A stretch of DNA of 64,000 nt from Blastococcus sp. (GCA_041640835.1 JBEPZM010000001.1:25098-89097); one strand, 5' to 3'; positions 39,496-49,870 are shown, numbered from the stretch's first letter. Notes: generated from the letters alone by a model not told the origin. Numbers and translations: made by a program.

Positions 39496-41967
39496 TCAGG
39501 AGCCCGCGAGCCGCCGTGCGAGGTAGGGCGCCGTGGCGCTGTCGGGGGCCGTGGCGATCGCGGACGGGGTGCCGGCGGCGACGACGCGGCCGCCGGCGTT
39601 CCCGCCGCCCGGGCCCAGATCGACGACCCAGTCGGCGGAGGCGATCGTGTCGAGGTCGTGCTCGACCAGGACGACGGTGTTGCCGGCGTCGACGAGCCGG
39701 TGCAGCTGCTGGAGCAGCAGCCTGATGTCGGCCGGATGCAGGCCCGCTGTCGGCTCGTCGAGCAGGTAGAGGGCATGCCCCCGGCGGGCACGCTGCAGCT
39801 CGGTGGCGAGCTTGATGCGCTGGGCCTCGCCGCCGCTGAGCTCGGTCGCCGGCTGGCCCAGCCGCAGGTAGCCGAGCCCGACGTCCTGGAGGGTCTGCAG
39901 GCTCCGCGCCGCGGCCGGGACGTCGGCGAGGAAGGCGGCGGCGTCGTCGACCGACAGGGCCAGGACGTCGGCGATGCTCTTGCCGCGGTAGACCACCTCG
40001 AGGGTCTCGGCGTTGTAGCGGGCGCCGGAGCAGGTCGGGCACGCCGCGTAGGTGCCGGGGAGGAAGAGCAGTTCGACGGCGACGAAGCCTTCTCCCTGGC
40101 AGGTCTCGCAGCGCCCCTCGGCGACGTTGAAGGAGAACCGGCCGGCCGTGTACCCGCGGGCCCGCGCCTCGTCCGTCGAGGCGTACAGCCTGCGCACGGC
40201 GTCGAACAGGCCGGTGTACGTGGCGAGGTTGGACCGGGGCGTGCGGCCGATGGGCCGCTGGTCGACACGGACGAGCCGGTCGAACGCCTCCAGGCCGGTC
40301 GCGTCCCGCAGGTCGACCTCGAGGCCGGGATCGTCCGGGTCCTCGTCCGGCGCGGGACCGAGGTGCCGGCGCACGACCTCGGCGAGCACCTGCGTGACCA
40401 GCGTCGACTTGCCGGAGCCCGAGACGCCGGTCACCGCCGTCAGCACGCCGAGCGGCACGTCGACGGACACGTCCCGGAGGTTGTGCCGGGAGATGCCGCG
40501 CAGGTGCAGCCAGCCGTGGGGAGCCCGGGTGCGGTGCTCGATCGGCTCGGACCTGCCGAAGAGGTACCGGCCGGTGGGGGAGTCCTGCACCTGCTCGAGC
40601 CCGGCGACCGGGCCGCTGTAGAGCACCCGCCCGCCGCCGGCGCCCGCGCCGGGACCGATGTCGACGACCCAGTCGGCCCGGCGGACGACGTCCATGTCGT
40701 GCTCCACGACGAACAGGGAGTTGCCCGACGCCTTGAGCCGGTCGAGCACGTCCAGCAGCGGCTCCGCGTCCGCGGGGTGCAGGCCCGCGGAGGGCTCGTC
40801 CAGGACGTAGACGACGCCGAACAACCCGGACCGCAGTTGGGTGGCGATCCGCAGGCGCTGGGCCTCGCCGGGCGACAGGGTGGTCGAGGACCGGCCGAGG
40901 CTGAGGTAGCCCAGGCCGAGGTCGAGCAGCACCTCGATCCGGGTCACCAGGTCGGCGCTGATCCGCACCGCGACCTCGGTCGACTCCCCGGACTGCGCGG
41001 TCGGCGTGGCGGGACCTGGCTCGGCGAGGAGCGCCACGGGCCGCAGCAGGGCCGCGACCTCGACGAGCGACATGGCGTTGACCTCGGCGATCGTGTGGCC
41101 GGCGAAGGTCACCGCGAGCGCCTCCGGCCGCAGCCGGCTGCCCTGGCATGCCGGACAGGGGATGCTCTGGACGAACCGCATCGCCCGCTCGCGCATCCGC
41201 TCGCTCTGGGAGTCGGCGAGCACGTGCATGACGTGCTTGCGGGCGCTCCAGAACTTGCCGTAGTAGCCGTGGTCGATGCGGTCGCGTTCGGGCTTGATGA
41301 GGACGGACGGCTGCTCGTCGGTGAAGAGCAGCCAGTCGCGGTCCTTCGGGCTGAGCTCGCGCCACGGCCTGTCGACGTCGATGCCGAGGCCGGTCACGAT
41401 GCTGCGCAGGTTGGCGCCCTGCCAGGCGCCCGGCCACGCCGCGATGGCGCCGTCGCGGACGCTCAGCGACGGGTCGGGCACCAGAAGGTCCTCGGTGACG
41501 TCGTGCACCACCCCGAGCCCCTGGCAGCGCGGGCAGGCACCCGCCGCGGTGTTGGGGGAGAACGCGTCGGCGGCCAGGCGCTGGGCTCCCGGCGGGTAGG
41601 TCCCGGCGCGCGAGTAGAGCATCCGCAGCAGGTTGGACAGCGTGGTCAGGGTGCCTACCGTCGAGCGTGAGCTCGGCGCTCCGCGGCGCTGCTGGAGGGC
41701 CACGGCCGGCGGCAGACCGGTGATCTCCCGGACGTGCGGCGCGTCCACCTGCTGCAGGAGCCGGCGGGCGTACGGCGCGACCGACTCGAAGTACCGCCGC
41801 TGCGCCTCGGCGTAGAGCGTGCCGAACGCGAGCGAGGACTTGCCGGAACCGGAGACGCCGGTGAAGGCGACCATCGCGTTCCGGGGGATGTCGACGTCGA
41901 CGTTGCGCAGGTTGTGCTCGGCGGCACCGCGGACGTGCACGAAGGAATCGGTAGCCGCGTCGTCCAC
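39496..41967 (-). CDS. uvrA: UvrA-like ABC ATPase, class II (DrrC/UvrA2 type)
   Basis: Two GVSGSGKS Walker A, LSPGE/LSGGEAQR, DEP(S/T)AGLHP, CxxC fingers; 823 aa, shorter than canonical UvrA. Confidence 0.9.
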   Translation of the reverse strand: MDDAATDSFVHVRGAAEHNLRNVDVDIPRNAMVAFTGVSGSGKSSLAFGTLYAEAQRRYFESVAPYARRLLQQVDAPHVREITGLPPAVALQQRRGAPSSRSTVGTLTTLSNLLRMLYSRAGTYPPGAQRLAADAFSPNTAAGACPRCQGLGVVHDVTEDLLVPDPSLSVRDGAIAAWPGAWQGANLRSIVTGLGIDVDRPWRELSPKDRDWLLFTDEQPSVLIKPERDRIDHGYYGKFWSARKHVMHVLADSQSERMRERAMRFVQSIPCPACQGSRLRPEALAVTFAGHTIAEVNAMSLVEVAALLRPVALLAEPGPATPTAQSGESTEVAVRISADLVTRIEVLLDLGLGYLSLGRSSTTLSPGEAQRLRIATQLRSGLFGVVYVLDEPSAGLHPADAEPLLDVLDRLKASGNSLFVVEHDMDVVRRADWVVDIGPGAGAGGGRVLYSGPVAGLEQVQDSPTGRYLFGRSEPIEHRTRAPHGWLHLRGISRHNLRDVSVDVPLGVLTAVTGVSGSGKSTLVTQVLAEVVRRHLGPAPDEDPDDPGLEVDLRDATGLEAFDRLVRVDQRPIGRTPRSNLATYTGLFDAVRRLYASTDEARARGYTAGRFSFNVAEGRCETCQGEGFVAVELLFLPGTYAACPTCSGARYNAETLEVVYRGKSIADVLALSVDDAAAFLADVPAAARSLQTLQDVGLGYLRLGQPATELSGGEAQRIKLATELQRARRGHALYLLDEPTAGLHPADIRLLLQQLHRLVDAGNTVVLVEHDLDTIASADWVVDLGPGGGNAGGRVVAAGTPSAIATAPDSATAPYLARRLAGS

Positions 41968-42067
41968 CTGCGCAGGCTAGCCGCGGCCGCCCGGGTGCCG
42001 CCGAGCGACCGGCAGCCCCGTGTCTTGCGGGCCGTCGGGGGGACTCGGGCCCCCTAGGCTGCCGCGC

Positions 42068-44893
42068 ATGCTGGAGTCGGACGCCCTGCTCGCGACCGGC
42101 TCCTGGACGCGTCCCGAAGCGGTGCAGCTCAACCGGTTGCCGATGACGACGTTCCTCCGCGAGGGAGCCGAGGTGCTCCCGCTCGACGGCCCGTGGTCGT
42201 TCACGTTGCTCGACCGCCCCGGTGGCACGGTCCGCTCCGAGGCGACCGTGCAGGTGCCGGGCTGCTGGACGATGCAGGACGTCGGCGACCCGCCGCAGTA
42301 CACGAACATCCAGATGCCGTTCCCGGGCCCGCCGCCGCGCGTCCCGGACGAGAACCCGACCGGCGTCTACCGCCGGCTCGTCGAGGTGCCCGCGGACTGG
42401 CAGGGGTCGCGCGTCCTGCTGCACGTGGGTGGCGCGGACTCGGTGCTGTACGTGGAGGTCGACGGCCGCGCGGTGGGCATGGGCACCGACTCCCGGCTGG
42501 GCCAGGAGTTCGACCTCACGGATCTGGTGACGCCCGGCCGGGCAGCCGAGCTGGTGCTGACCGTCGTCCGGTGGTCGGCGGCCAGCTACCTGGAGGACCA
42601 GGACCACTGGTACCACGCCGGTCTGCACCGGTCGGTCCTGCTCTACCGCACCCCGCGGGTCCACCTCGCCGACGTCCGGGCCCTCGCCGACCGCGACCCC
42701 GGGACCGGCATCGGACAGCTCACGGTGCAGGCCACCACGGGCGAGGCGCGCAGCGAGGGAGCGCAGGTCCGTGTGCACCTGGACGGCGTGCCCGTGGGAG
42801 AGGCGCGGGCCCGCTGGGAGCATCCGACCAGCGTCTCCGCCAACGCCTACCGGTTCACCGGCCGCGGGGCGACGGTCTCGGCCGAGGTCCCCGGGGTGGC
42901 GGCGTGGTCGGCGGAGCACCCGCACCTCCACGGCCTCCGGGTGGAGCTCGTCGACGCCGACGGTGCGCTGCTGGACTCCGTGCGCCTGCGGGTGGGGTTC
43001 CGCCGGGTGGAGGTGCGCGGGCACGAGCTGCTGGTCAACGGCCGCGCCGTGCTGATCAAGGGCGTCAACCGGCACGACCACGACCCGCGGACCGGCAAGA
43101 CGGTCAGCCGGGCGGCGATGCGCCGGGACGTCGAGCTGATGAAGGCGCACAACCTCAACGCGGTGCGGACCTCGCACTACCCGAACGACCCCTACCTGTA
43201 CGACGTCTGCGACGAGCTCGGCATGTACGTCGTCGACGAGGCGAACCTGGAGACGCACGCCTACCTGCGCTCGCTGCTCACGTCGAGCGAGTGGGGCCCG
43301 GCGGTGCTCGAGCGGGTCACGCGCATGGCGCTGCGCGACAAGAACCACCCGTGCGTCGTGATGTGGTCGCTCGGCAACGAGAGCGGCTGGGCGCCGATCC
43401 TCGACGCGGCCGCCGCGTGGCTGCGGGCCTACGACCCCACGCGCCCGGTGCACTACGAGAACGGCTACCTCGACGGAGCGCTCACCGGCGGGCTGACCCC
43501 GCCGCAGTCCTGGCGCACTCCGCGGCGGGAGACCGACGTCGTCCCGCCGATGTACCCCTCGGTCGAGGACCTGGAGGAGTGGGCGACGACGGTCGCGCTG
43601 CCCGACCGGCCGCTGATCATGTGCGAGTACGCGCACGCCATGAACAACTCCGGGGGCGACCTCGACCGGTACTGGGCGGCGATCGAGCGGCACCCCGGCC
43701 TGCAGGGCGGCTTCGTGTGGGACTGGGTCGACCAGGCCCTCGTCCAGCGGATGGCGGACGGGACCGAGCGGCTGGCCTACGGGGGCGACTTCGGCGACAG
43801 CCCGCATGACGGACCGTTCTGCCTCAACGGCGTGGTCGCCGCCGACCGCACCCCGCACCCGTCCCTGCTGGAGCTGGCCGCCGTGGTCCAGCCGGTGGGC
43901 TTCGCCGGGACCGGGGGAGGGGGCGTCCGGCTGACCAACAAGCACGACTTCACCGACCTGGCCGACGTCGCGGACGTCGACTGGGCGGTCACCGTCGACG
44001 GCGACGAGGTCGCGGCCGGCACGCTCGGCCGGATCCCGCTGGCTCCCGGCGCCCACGCCGACGTGCGGGTGCCCGTGCCGCCGCTGCGGCTGCACGGCCG
44101 GCAGGTCGCCCACCTCGCGCTGCGGGTGGGATCGATCGCGTCCTGGCAGACCGAGCTCGCCCGCTCCGAGGACGCGGAGCCGCCCGGCGGTGCGACCGCT
44201 CCGGAGCTGCCGACCCGGCTCGCGTTGTGGCGGGCGCCCATCGACAACGAGACCTACGGCCCGCGGCACGCCGAGCGGTGGGAGCAGCTGGGGCTGCCCT
44301 CCGCGCACGAGCGGATCGAGCTGCTTACCGAGGTGGAGGGGCCCCGCGTCACCCACGAGGTGACCGTGCCGGACGAGTGGGACGACATCCCGCGCGTCGG
44401 GGTGCGCCTCGAGCTGCCTCCGGGCGTCGCCGTCGTGGACTGGCTGGGCCGCGGACCGCATGAGAACTACTCCGACCGGCGGGCCGGCGCCCTGGTGGGG
44501 CGCTGGCGCACGGCGGTCGACGACTGGCCGGTGCCCTACGTGCACCCGCAGGCCAGCGGCAACCGCACCGGCGTGCGGGAGCTGCGCTTCCTGGACGCCG
44601 ACGACCGCGTCGTCCTCACCGTCGACGGGCTCGACGACCTCGACGTGACCGTGAGCCGCTGGACCGACGAGGAGCTGGCCGCGGCCGGGCACCTGGAGGA
44701 CCTGCCGGTCCGCGAGCACGCCTACCTGTGGATCGACGCCCGGCACCGGGGCGTCGGCTCCGGAGCGGTGGGGCCGGACGTCAGCGCGCCGCACCGGATC
44801 GGGCCGGGCACGTACCGCTGGAGCTACCGGCTCGTGGGAGAGCGGTCACCCGACGCATCCGCGACGGCTGCCGGGGACGAAGACAGGGCATGA
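42068..44893 (+). CDS. lacZ: Beta-galactosidase, glycoside hydrolase family 2
   Basis: YTNIQMPF, YLEDQDHW, GVNRHDH, NAVRTSHYP, WSLGNESG, CEYAHAM, GGFVWDWVDQ, YGGDFGD. Confidence 0.9.
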   Translation: MLESDALLATGSWTRPEAVQLNRLPMTTFLREGAEVLPLDGPWSFTLLDRPGGTVRSEATVQVPGCWTMQDVGDPPQYTNIQMPFPGPPPRVPDENPTGVYRRLVEVPADWQGSRVLLHVGGADSVLYVEVDGRAVGMGTDSRLGQEFDLTDLVTPGRAAELVLTVVRWSAASYLEDQDHWYHAGLHRSVLLYRTPRVHLADVRALADRDPGTGIGQLTVQATTGEARSEGAQVRVHLDGVPVGEARARWEHPTSVSANAYRFTGRGATVSAEVPGVAAWSAEHPHLHGLRVELVDADGALLDSVRLRVGFRRVEVRGHELLVNGRAVLIKGVNRHDHDPRTGKTVSRAAMRRDVELMKAHNLNAVRTSHYPNDPYLYDVCDELGMYVVDEANLETHAYLRSLLTSSEWGPAVLERVTRMALRDKNHPCVVMWSLGNESGWAPILDAAAAWLRAYDPTRPVHYENGYLDGALTGGLTPPQSWRTPRRETDVVPPMYPSVEDLEEWATTVALPDRPLIMCEYAHAMNNSGGDLDRYWAAIERHPGLQGGFVWDWVDQALVQRMADGTERLAYGGDFGDSPHDGPFCLNGVVAADRTPHPSLLELAAVVQPVGFAGTGGGGVRLTNKHDFTDLADVADVDWAVTVDGDEVAAGTLGRIPLAPGAHADVRVPVPPLRLHGRQVAHLALRVGSIASWQTELARSEDAEPPGGATAPELPTRLALWRAPIDNETYGPRHAERWEQLGLPSAHERIELLTEVEGPRVTHEVTVPDEWDDIPRVGVRLELPPGVAVVDWLGRGPHENYSDRRAGALVGRWRTAVDDWPVPYVHPQASGNRTGVRELRFLDADDRVVLTVDGLDDLDVTVSRWTDEELAAAGHLEDLPVREHAYLWIDARHRGVGSGAVGPDVSAPHRIGPGTYRWSYRLVGERSPDASATAAGDEDRA

Positions 44894-45087
44894 GCACGAT
44901 CACCACAGCAGCTGCCCCGGACGTCCTCCTCGTGGAGTTCGAGCTGGCCCGCCTCGACCTGCGGGCGGCCATCGCGTCGCTGCGCCGTCGGGACGCGCCC
45001 GATGCGCGCCGCGAGGTCGCGGACTGCCGCGCGCGGATCGACCGCATCCTCGACCGCTGGAACGCCGGGGTACGGCTCCCGCTCTGA
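44890..45087 (+). CDS. Small helical hypothetical protein
   Basis: ATGA overlap with the GH2 stop; 65-aa amphipathic helix pair. Confidence 0.55.
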   Translation: MSTITTAAAPDVLLVEFELARLDLRAAIASLRRRDAPDARREVADCRARIDRILDRWNAGVRLPL

Positions 45088-45112
45088 CCGCCGGGGTGCG
45101 GGACACCTCCCG

Positions 45113-46087
45113 TCAGGTCATGTCCACCGCGATCTTCAGCTGCCCTGGGCGCGGGGAGACCGCGGCTGCGAAAGCCGCCTGCACGTCGGCGACCGGGTGG
45201 ACGGAGCTCACGTAGCCCTCCCGCAGTTCCGGGTGCGCCGCCAGGTAGCTGCCGGCGTCGGCGAGCACCCGGCGCCGCTCCAGGGCGACACCCGAGCGCA
45301 GGGTGAGGTTCTTCCGGAGGAAGGTCATCATGTCGAACGGGTAGACCGGGTCGTCGGGCACGCCGAAGTAGAAGACCTGGCCGCCGAACGCGACGGCGTC
45401 CAGCGCCGGGGCGAGCGTGGAGATCTGGTGCCCCACCGCCTCCACGACCACCGACGGCCGGTCGGCGTCGGACAGGCGCCCCGCCCACCGCTCGGCGCGG
45501 GCGGTGACCGTCTCGTCCACGCCGAACACCGATGCGACGTCGGAGCGGTCCACCGGGTCCACGCCCGTGACGCGCCGCGCCCCGCGGGCCTTGAGCACGT
45601 GGCTGAAGAGCAGGCCGATGGGGCCCTGGCCGATGACGGCGACCGACTGTCCCGAGACGTCGCCCAGCTGGTCGACGGCGTAGAGCACGCACGCCAGGGG
45701 CTGCAGCATCACGGCGGTCGTGGGCGGCAGGCCGGCGTCGTAGCCGGCCAGGCCGTCGCCGTCGGTGACCACGAGCTCGGCGATGCCGTCGAACATCGAC
45801 GCCCACCCGACGACGAGGTCACCGGGGGAGTGGTCGGGGTGCCGGCTGGCGACGACCTCGCCGACGATCTCGTGCATGGGGAAGCCCGGCGCCCGTGTGG
45901 CGCCCCAACCGTCCTCGGCGGCCGGGTGCGGCCACAACCCGCCGCGGAAGTTGGGCAGGTCGCTGCCGCAGATGGCGCCGGCTCGGGTGGCCAGCAGCAC
46001 GTGCCGGTGGGCGAGGGCCGCAGGGTCGGGGGCCGGGATCTCGACCTGCTCGAACCGGAAGGGGCCGCTGAGCGTCTGCGCCCACAT
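45113..46087 (-). CDS. Zinc-binding MDR alcohol dehydrogenase
   Basis: GAICGSD, MHEIVGEV, VIGQGPIG, VEAVG. Confidence 0.9.
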   Translation of the reverse strand: MWAQTLSGPFRFEQVEIPAPDPAALAHRHVLLATRAGAICGSDLPNFRGGLWPHPAAEDGWGATRAPGFPMHEIVGEVVASRHPDHSPGDLVVGWASMFDGIAELVVTDGDGLAGYDAGLPPTTAVMLQPLACVLYAVDQLGDVSGQSVAVIGQGPIGLLFSHVLKARGARRVTGVDPVDRSDVASVFGVDETVTARAERWAGRLSDADRPSVVVEAVGHQISTLAPALDAVAFGGQVFYFGVPDDPVYPFDMMTFLRKNLTLRSGVALERRRVLADAGSYLAAHPELREGYVSSVHPVADVQAAFAAAVSPRPGQLKIAVDMT

Positions 46088-46178
46088 GGCAGATCTCCGT
46101 CCTGCTGGTGCCGGCACCTGGACGACCGACCCACGATCCCGCCAGACTGCCCGATGATCGGGTGGCGGGCGCGGTCGA

Positions 46179-46892
46179 CTACCGGTCCGTGTCGAGGCCG
46201 CCGGACATGGTGTCGTCCGGTGCCGGCAGGGCGGAAGGCCGGAATCCCTTGGCGATCAGGTAGACGCCGAATGACAACTCCCAGATGAATTCCGGGATCG
46301 TCGCGAGGCCCTGCACCGCCGATCCTCGCTCGATGACGTCGAACATGATGGCGATCGCCGCCACGACGAGCAGCGGACCGCCGATGAGCCCGAGCACTGC
46401 CATGCCGCGGGGCACCAGCCCCGTCCGGTACATGAGATAGCCGAGGATCATCCCGTTCGCGACGCCGGCGAAGACGCCCGGCCCGAGCAGGAAGGCGCGG
46501 TCATGGATCGCGACGAGGAGCTCGCCGAGGGCGGGGTCGGCGTCGGCAGTGCCTTCCTGGCGCATGAACAGGAAGGTGAGCAGACTGAGCACGCCGATCG
46601 CGATGAAGGTGCACTCGATGAGCCGCGCGGTCACGTAGCCCAGCGCGAGGCTCTGGCTGTAGCGCTTGAACAGGGCGTACGGCACCACGGCGGTGCCGAT
46701 GTTGGCGACGATGAGGACGAGCTCGAGGACGGCCCCCAGTGCCACGCTCGACGTGGGATCCGCGCCCGCACCGGTGATGTAGTCGGGGTTGTCCCGCACC
46801 GGTGCGTAGAGGAAGAAGTACGCGGGGATCGAGGTGACGAAGGTGATCACCATCAACCAACCCGTGACGGTCGCAATTCGCCTCGTGTCCAT
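46179..46892 (-). CDS. DUF4386 family membrane protein
   Basis: ALGAVLELVLIVANIGTAV, LGYVTARLIE, LVPR, EFIWELSFGVYLIAKGF. Confidence 0.82.
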   Translation of the reverse strand: MDTRRIATVTGWLMVITFVTSIPAYFFLYAPVRDNPDYITGAGADPTSSVALGAVLELVLIVANIGTAVVPYALFKRYSQSLALGYVTARLIECTFIAIGVLSLLTFLFMRQEGTADADPALGELLVAIHDRAFLLGPGVFAGVANGMILGYLMYRTGLVPRGMAVLGLIGGPLLVVAAIAIMFDVIERGSAVQGLATIPEFIWELSFGVYLIAKGFRPSALPAPDDTMSGGLDTDR

Positions 46893-47013
46893 GCGGCAGG
46901 GTAGGTCCGCGCTGGGTGTCCTTGGGCCATGAATGGTCACGGCGATCGAAGCTTCGAGCGTCAGCCCGCCGGAAGACTGCGTTCGACGCGCGGTCCGCGT
47001 CAGCAGAGCCCGG

Positions 47014-47889
47014 TCATCCGACGGAGAACTCGGTGACCATGCCCAGGGTGTGGTGCGGTGGTCCACCGCCCTCCCCGTCCGGCGTCGTCGACCCCTGGGG
47101 GACGAGGCAGGCCACGCCGTAGCGCCCCGGCGCCATGCGGATGAACGTGGTCTCGGAGTCACCGGGCATGGCCAGGCTGCGCCCCACGGGCGCGAACATC
47201 GACCACGCCTGCTCCTCCGGCAGGGCCATCACCTGGCCGGCGGACATCGTCACGCCGTCGTCGAGCCGGGCGACGAAGATCTCGTGCGGCTCGTCGCCCT
47301 GGTTGGTGAAGGTGATCGCGACGACACCCGGCGGCACCGTGGCCGGGAGCCCGACGTAGGCGTAGTCGACGCCGGTCGCCTCGACGCGCTCGTTCCCGCA
47401 CTCGGCGAGCTGGTACCCGTCGAGCGCATCGTCGACCGTCGCGACCTCCTCCTCCTGGGCGGCTGTGAGCGACCCGTACGTGAGGGCGGCGTACACGAGC
47501 CGCGACAAGGCGTCGACCTCGTGGGAGACCTGCGCCGGCGTGCTGTCCTGCACGACTCTCAGCTGACGCCGCAGGGTCGTGTTCCACTCCTCGAGGGCGG
47601 CCACCCGCGCCTCCTCGGGCACCACGCGGCCGGCGATCTCGAGGTCCGCCGCGAACGATGCCTCGACGTCGACGAGGGCCTCGCAGAAGGCCACGACGTC
47701 GCCGCTGTCCGCTGCGCTCGTCGGCGGGGACGTCGGGTCGTCGGCCCCTCCGCTCTCCGACGTGCCGGCACCCGCGGCCTGCGTCCCGTTCTCCCCGTCG
47801 TCGTCCGACGTGCAGGCGCTCAGTGCGGCAGCCAGGAGCAGGACGGCACCGCCCGTGGTCCAGCGGTCGAGCAGCGTGGTTCCGGCCAT
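47014..47889 (-). CDS. Lipoprotein with C-terminal cupredoxin (type-1 copper) domain
   Basis: Lipobox LSAC; FTNQGDEPHE...PGRYGVACLVP...PHHTLGM. Confidence 0.75.
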   Translation of the reverse strand: MAGTTLLDRWTTGGAVLLLAAALSACTSDDDGENGTQAAGAGTSESGGADDPTSPPTSAADSGDVVAFCEALVDVEASFAADLEIAGRVVPEEARVAALEEWNTTLRRQLRVVQDSTPAQVSHEVDALSRLVYAALTYGSLTAAQEEEVATVDDALDGYQLAECGNERVEATGVDYAYVGLPATVPPGVVAITFTNQGDEPHEIFVARLDDGVTMSAGQVMALPEEQAWSMFAPVGRSLAMPGDSETTFIRMAPGRYGVACLVPQGSTTPDGEGGGPPHHTLGMVTEFSVG

Positions 47890-48116
47890 GTCCGCTCCTC
47901 ACCCTCCGTGCGGACAGCGGGGCGCCGGCCGCCCGTGTCCCGGAATGGTCCTGCTACGAGCCGCGGCCGAACCGATTCCCGTGACGCCCGGAATGGTGGC
48001 GGGCTCGCTTCCCGCGCTCCGGTACGGCGCGTGCATCGCTGCGGTCGCTGGGTGACGCCGGGCGCCGGATGTCGAGGCGGAGGGTGGAGCGCAGGCGGTA
48101 GCGGTCACCGCGGACG

Positions 48117-48995
48117 TCACAGCTCAGCGGCCGTCCTCCGGATCAGCCCGAGGGACTCCGCCGGGTCCAGCGCCATCCGGCTGAGCAGGTCGAACGCCTG
48201 CCCGTAGCGCTGCACCTCTGCCTCCGAATCGAGGTAGAAGACGCGCGTCTTGTTCTCGAGGTAGACGACGTCCGGTGTGCCGGTAGCGCTCGACTCCAGG
48301 ACCGAGAACGAGCCGGCGGTCACCGGTGGCAGGCCTGCGGCGAAGGGCAGCACCTGCAGGGTGACGTTCGGGCGTGCAGCGGCGTCGATGAGCCACGCGA
48401 GCTGGCCGCGCAGGATGGCCGTGCCGCCGTCCTGACCCGGAGCAACCGCGGTGCGCCGGAGGACGGACTCGTCGAGGACCGCGTGGAACCGGAGCGGGCC
48501 GTCGGGTGAATCGGCATCGAGGACGTCCTGCCGGCGCCGGCACACCTGCATGCGCCGGTCGATCTCCACCTGCGACGGCGTCTCCCAGGTCGAAAGGATC
48601 ACCTGCCGGACGAAGTCGGGACTCTGCAGCAGGGCGTGCGGCACGAGGGCGCCGTAGCACCGGAGCGCGCGCGAGCCGGCCTCGAGCCGGATGAGGTTCG
48701 CGTAGCCGGGGGAGAGCGTCTCGGCGTAGGCATCCCACCAGCCCTTCGGCCGGGCCGAGGGTGCGAGGCGGCGCAGGAAGCCGGCCTGCGCCTCCGGGAC
48801 GGCGTACAGCTCGAGCAGCCGGTCGAGGTCGTCGGCGGTGATGCCGATCCGGCCGTTCTCGATGCGCGACACCTTCGACGCGGACCAGCCCAGGCGGACC
48901 GCGACATCCTTGCCGTGCATCGGCCCGGCCTCGCGCAGATCCCGTAGTTCCTGCGCGAGCCGGCGCTCTCTTGCGGACGGCGACTCCGCCACCAT
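48117..48995 (-). CDS. XRE-family HTH regulator with DUF5753 domain (Scr1/WhiJ-like)
   Basis: LAQELRDLRE...WSASKVSRIENG...KGWW...LDESVLRR...VTLQVLPF...VVYLE. Confidence 0.9.
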   Translation of the reverse strand: MVAESPSARERRLAQELRDLREAGPMHGKDVAVRLGWSASKVSRIENGRIGITADDLDRLLELYAVPEAQAGFLRRLAPSARPKGWWDAYAETLSPGYANLIRLEAGSRALRCYGALVPHALLQSPDFVRQVILSTWETPSQVEIDRRMQVCRRRQDVLDADSPDGPLRFHAVLDESVLRRTAVAPGQDGGTAILRGQLAWLIDAAARPNVTLQVLPFAAGLPPVTAGSFSVLESSATGTPDVVYLENKTRVFYLDSEAEVQRYGQAFDLLSRMALDPAESLGLIRRTAAEL

Positions 48996-49110
48996 GGCAC
49001 CACGCTAGGGAGCAGCCGTGCAATCTTGCAAGGCCTCTGTCGTCCCGCGAATCCCGGCTGTCACCGTTCGAGCCATCCACCAGTTCGACCGGCCGGAAGG
49101 GATCGACGTC

Positions 49111-49830
49111 ATGAACGGAACCCCCACCCTCGCCCTCGACCACGACGTCTACGAGATCGCCTATCTCGCCGGCGGGCCGTGCCAGGCGGTGGACGCCGCG
49201 GTGGTCGCGCTCGTCGGATGCGGCCACCTGACCGTCGACCACTCGACGGGTCACCTCACGGCGGCCGGCGTCCCTCGCCGCCACTGGCTGGAGGCGGCCG
49301 TCTCCGAGGGGGTCGGACAGCGTGACTGGCGCTCGGTGCAGACGCTGCGCCGGCGGCTGGTCCTCGACGATCGGCTCACCGCGATCGGCCGGCGCCTGCA
49401 GGGCGACGGTCTGCTGCGCCGACCGGCCTCCGGCTCGGGCCGGCAGCGCACGTGGCAGTTGGTGGCGCTCACCGGTGCCGGGCGACGCACGCTGCGGTCC
49501 CTGCGGGCGCAGCCGCCGGTCGACCGGATCGCCGCCGGCACCGACGCCATGGCGGTCGCGCTCGGCGGACCCGCGGCCGTGAGCGACACCTCGCTCCGTC
49601 GCGCGCTGTTCCACCCGCCGGCCCCTGGACCCATCCCGGGCGAGCGCCGCAGCCGGCGCGAGATCCGGGACGCCCGCCTCGGGCTGTCCACGTCCGCAGC
49701 CGCGGCGACGTTCTGGGTAGCCGGGAGCGAGAACAGCTCATGGAGCGGCTTCGGCAGCGACGGCGGCTTCGGCGGCTTCGGTGGCGACGGCGGTGGTGGT
49801 GGCGGCGGTGGAGACGGCGGGGGCGGCTGA
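49111..49830 (+). CDS. TIGR04222-like protein with Gly-rich tail
   Basis: DVYEIAYLAGG...AAVVAL, LQGDGLL, TGAGRRTL, AVALGG, Gly-rich C-terminus. Confidence 0.7.
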   Translation: MNGTPTLALDHDVYEIAYLAGGPCQAVDAAVVALVGCGHLTVDHSTGHLTAAGVPRRHWLEAAVSEGVGQRDWRSVQTLRRRLVLDDRLTAIGRRLQGDGLLRRPASGSGRQRTWQLVALTGAGRRTLRSLRAQPPVDRIAAGTDAMAVALGGPAAVSDTSLRRALFHPPAPGPIPGERRSRREIRDARLGLSTSAAAATFWVAGSENSSWSGFGSDGGFGGFGGDGGGGGGGGDGGGG

Positions 49831-49870
49831 TCCCCGCTGATCGGCGGCCGGGCCCGACGTCCGACGCGGC

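Noticed and set aside
39452-44794. 1780-aa minus-strand ORF, and other long Arg/Pro/Gly-rich ORFs such as 18099-21377 and 3340-5787
   Set aside because: Shadow frames of real genes (uvrA, lacZ, coxL, ALDH) caused by stop-codon scarcity at high GC; no motifs
49762-49827. GGC/GGT tandem repeat
   Set aside because: Simply encodes the Gly-rich tail typical of TIGR04222-like proteins
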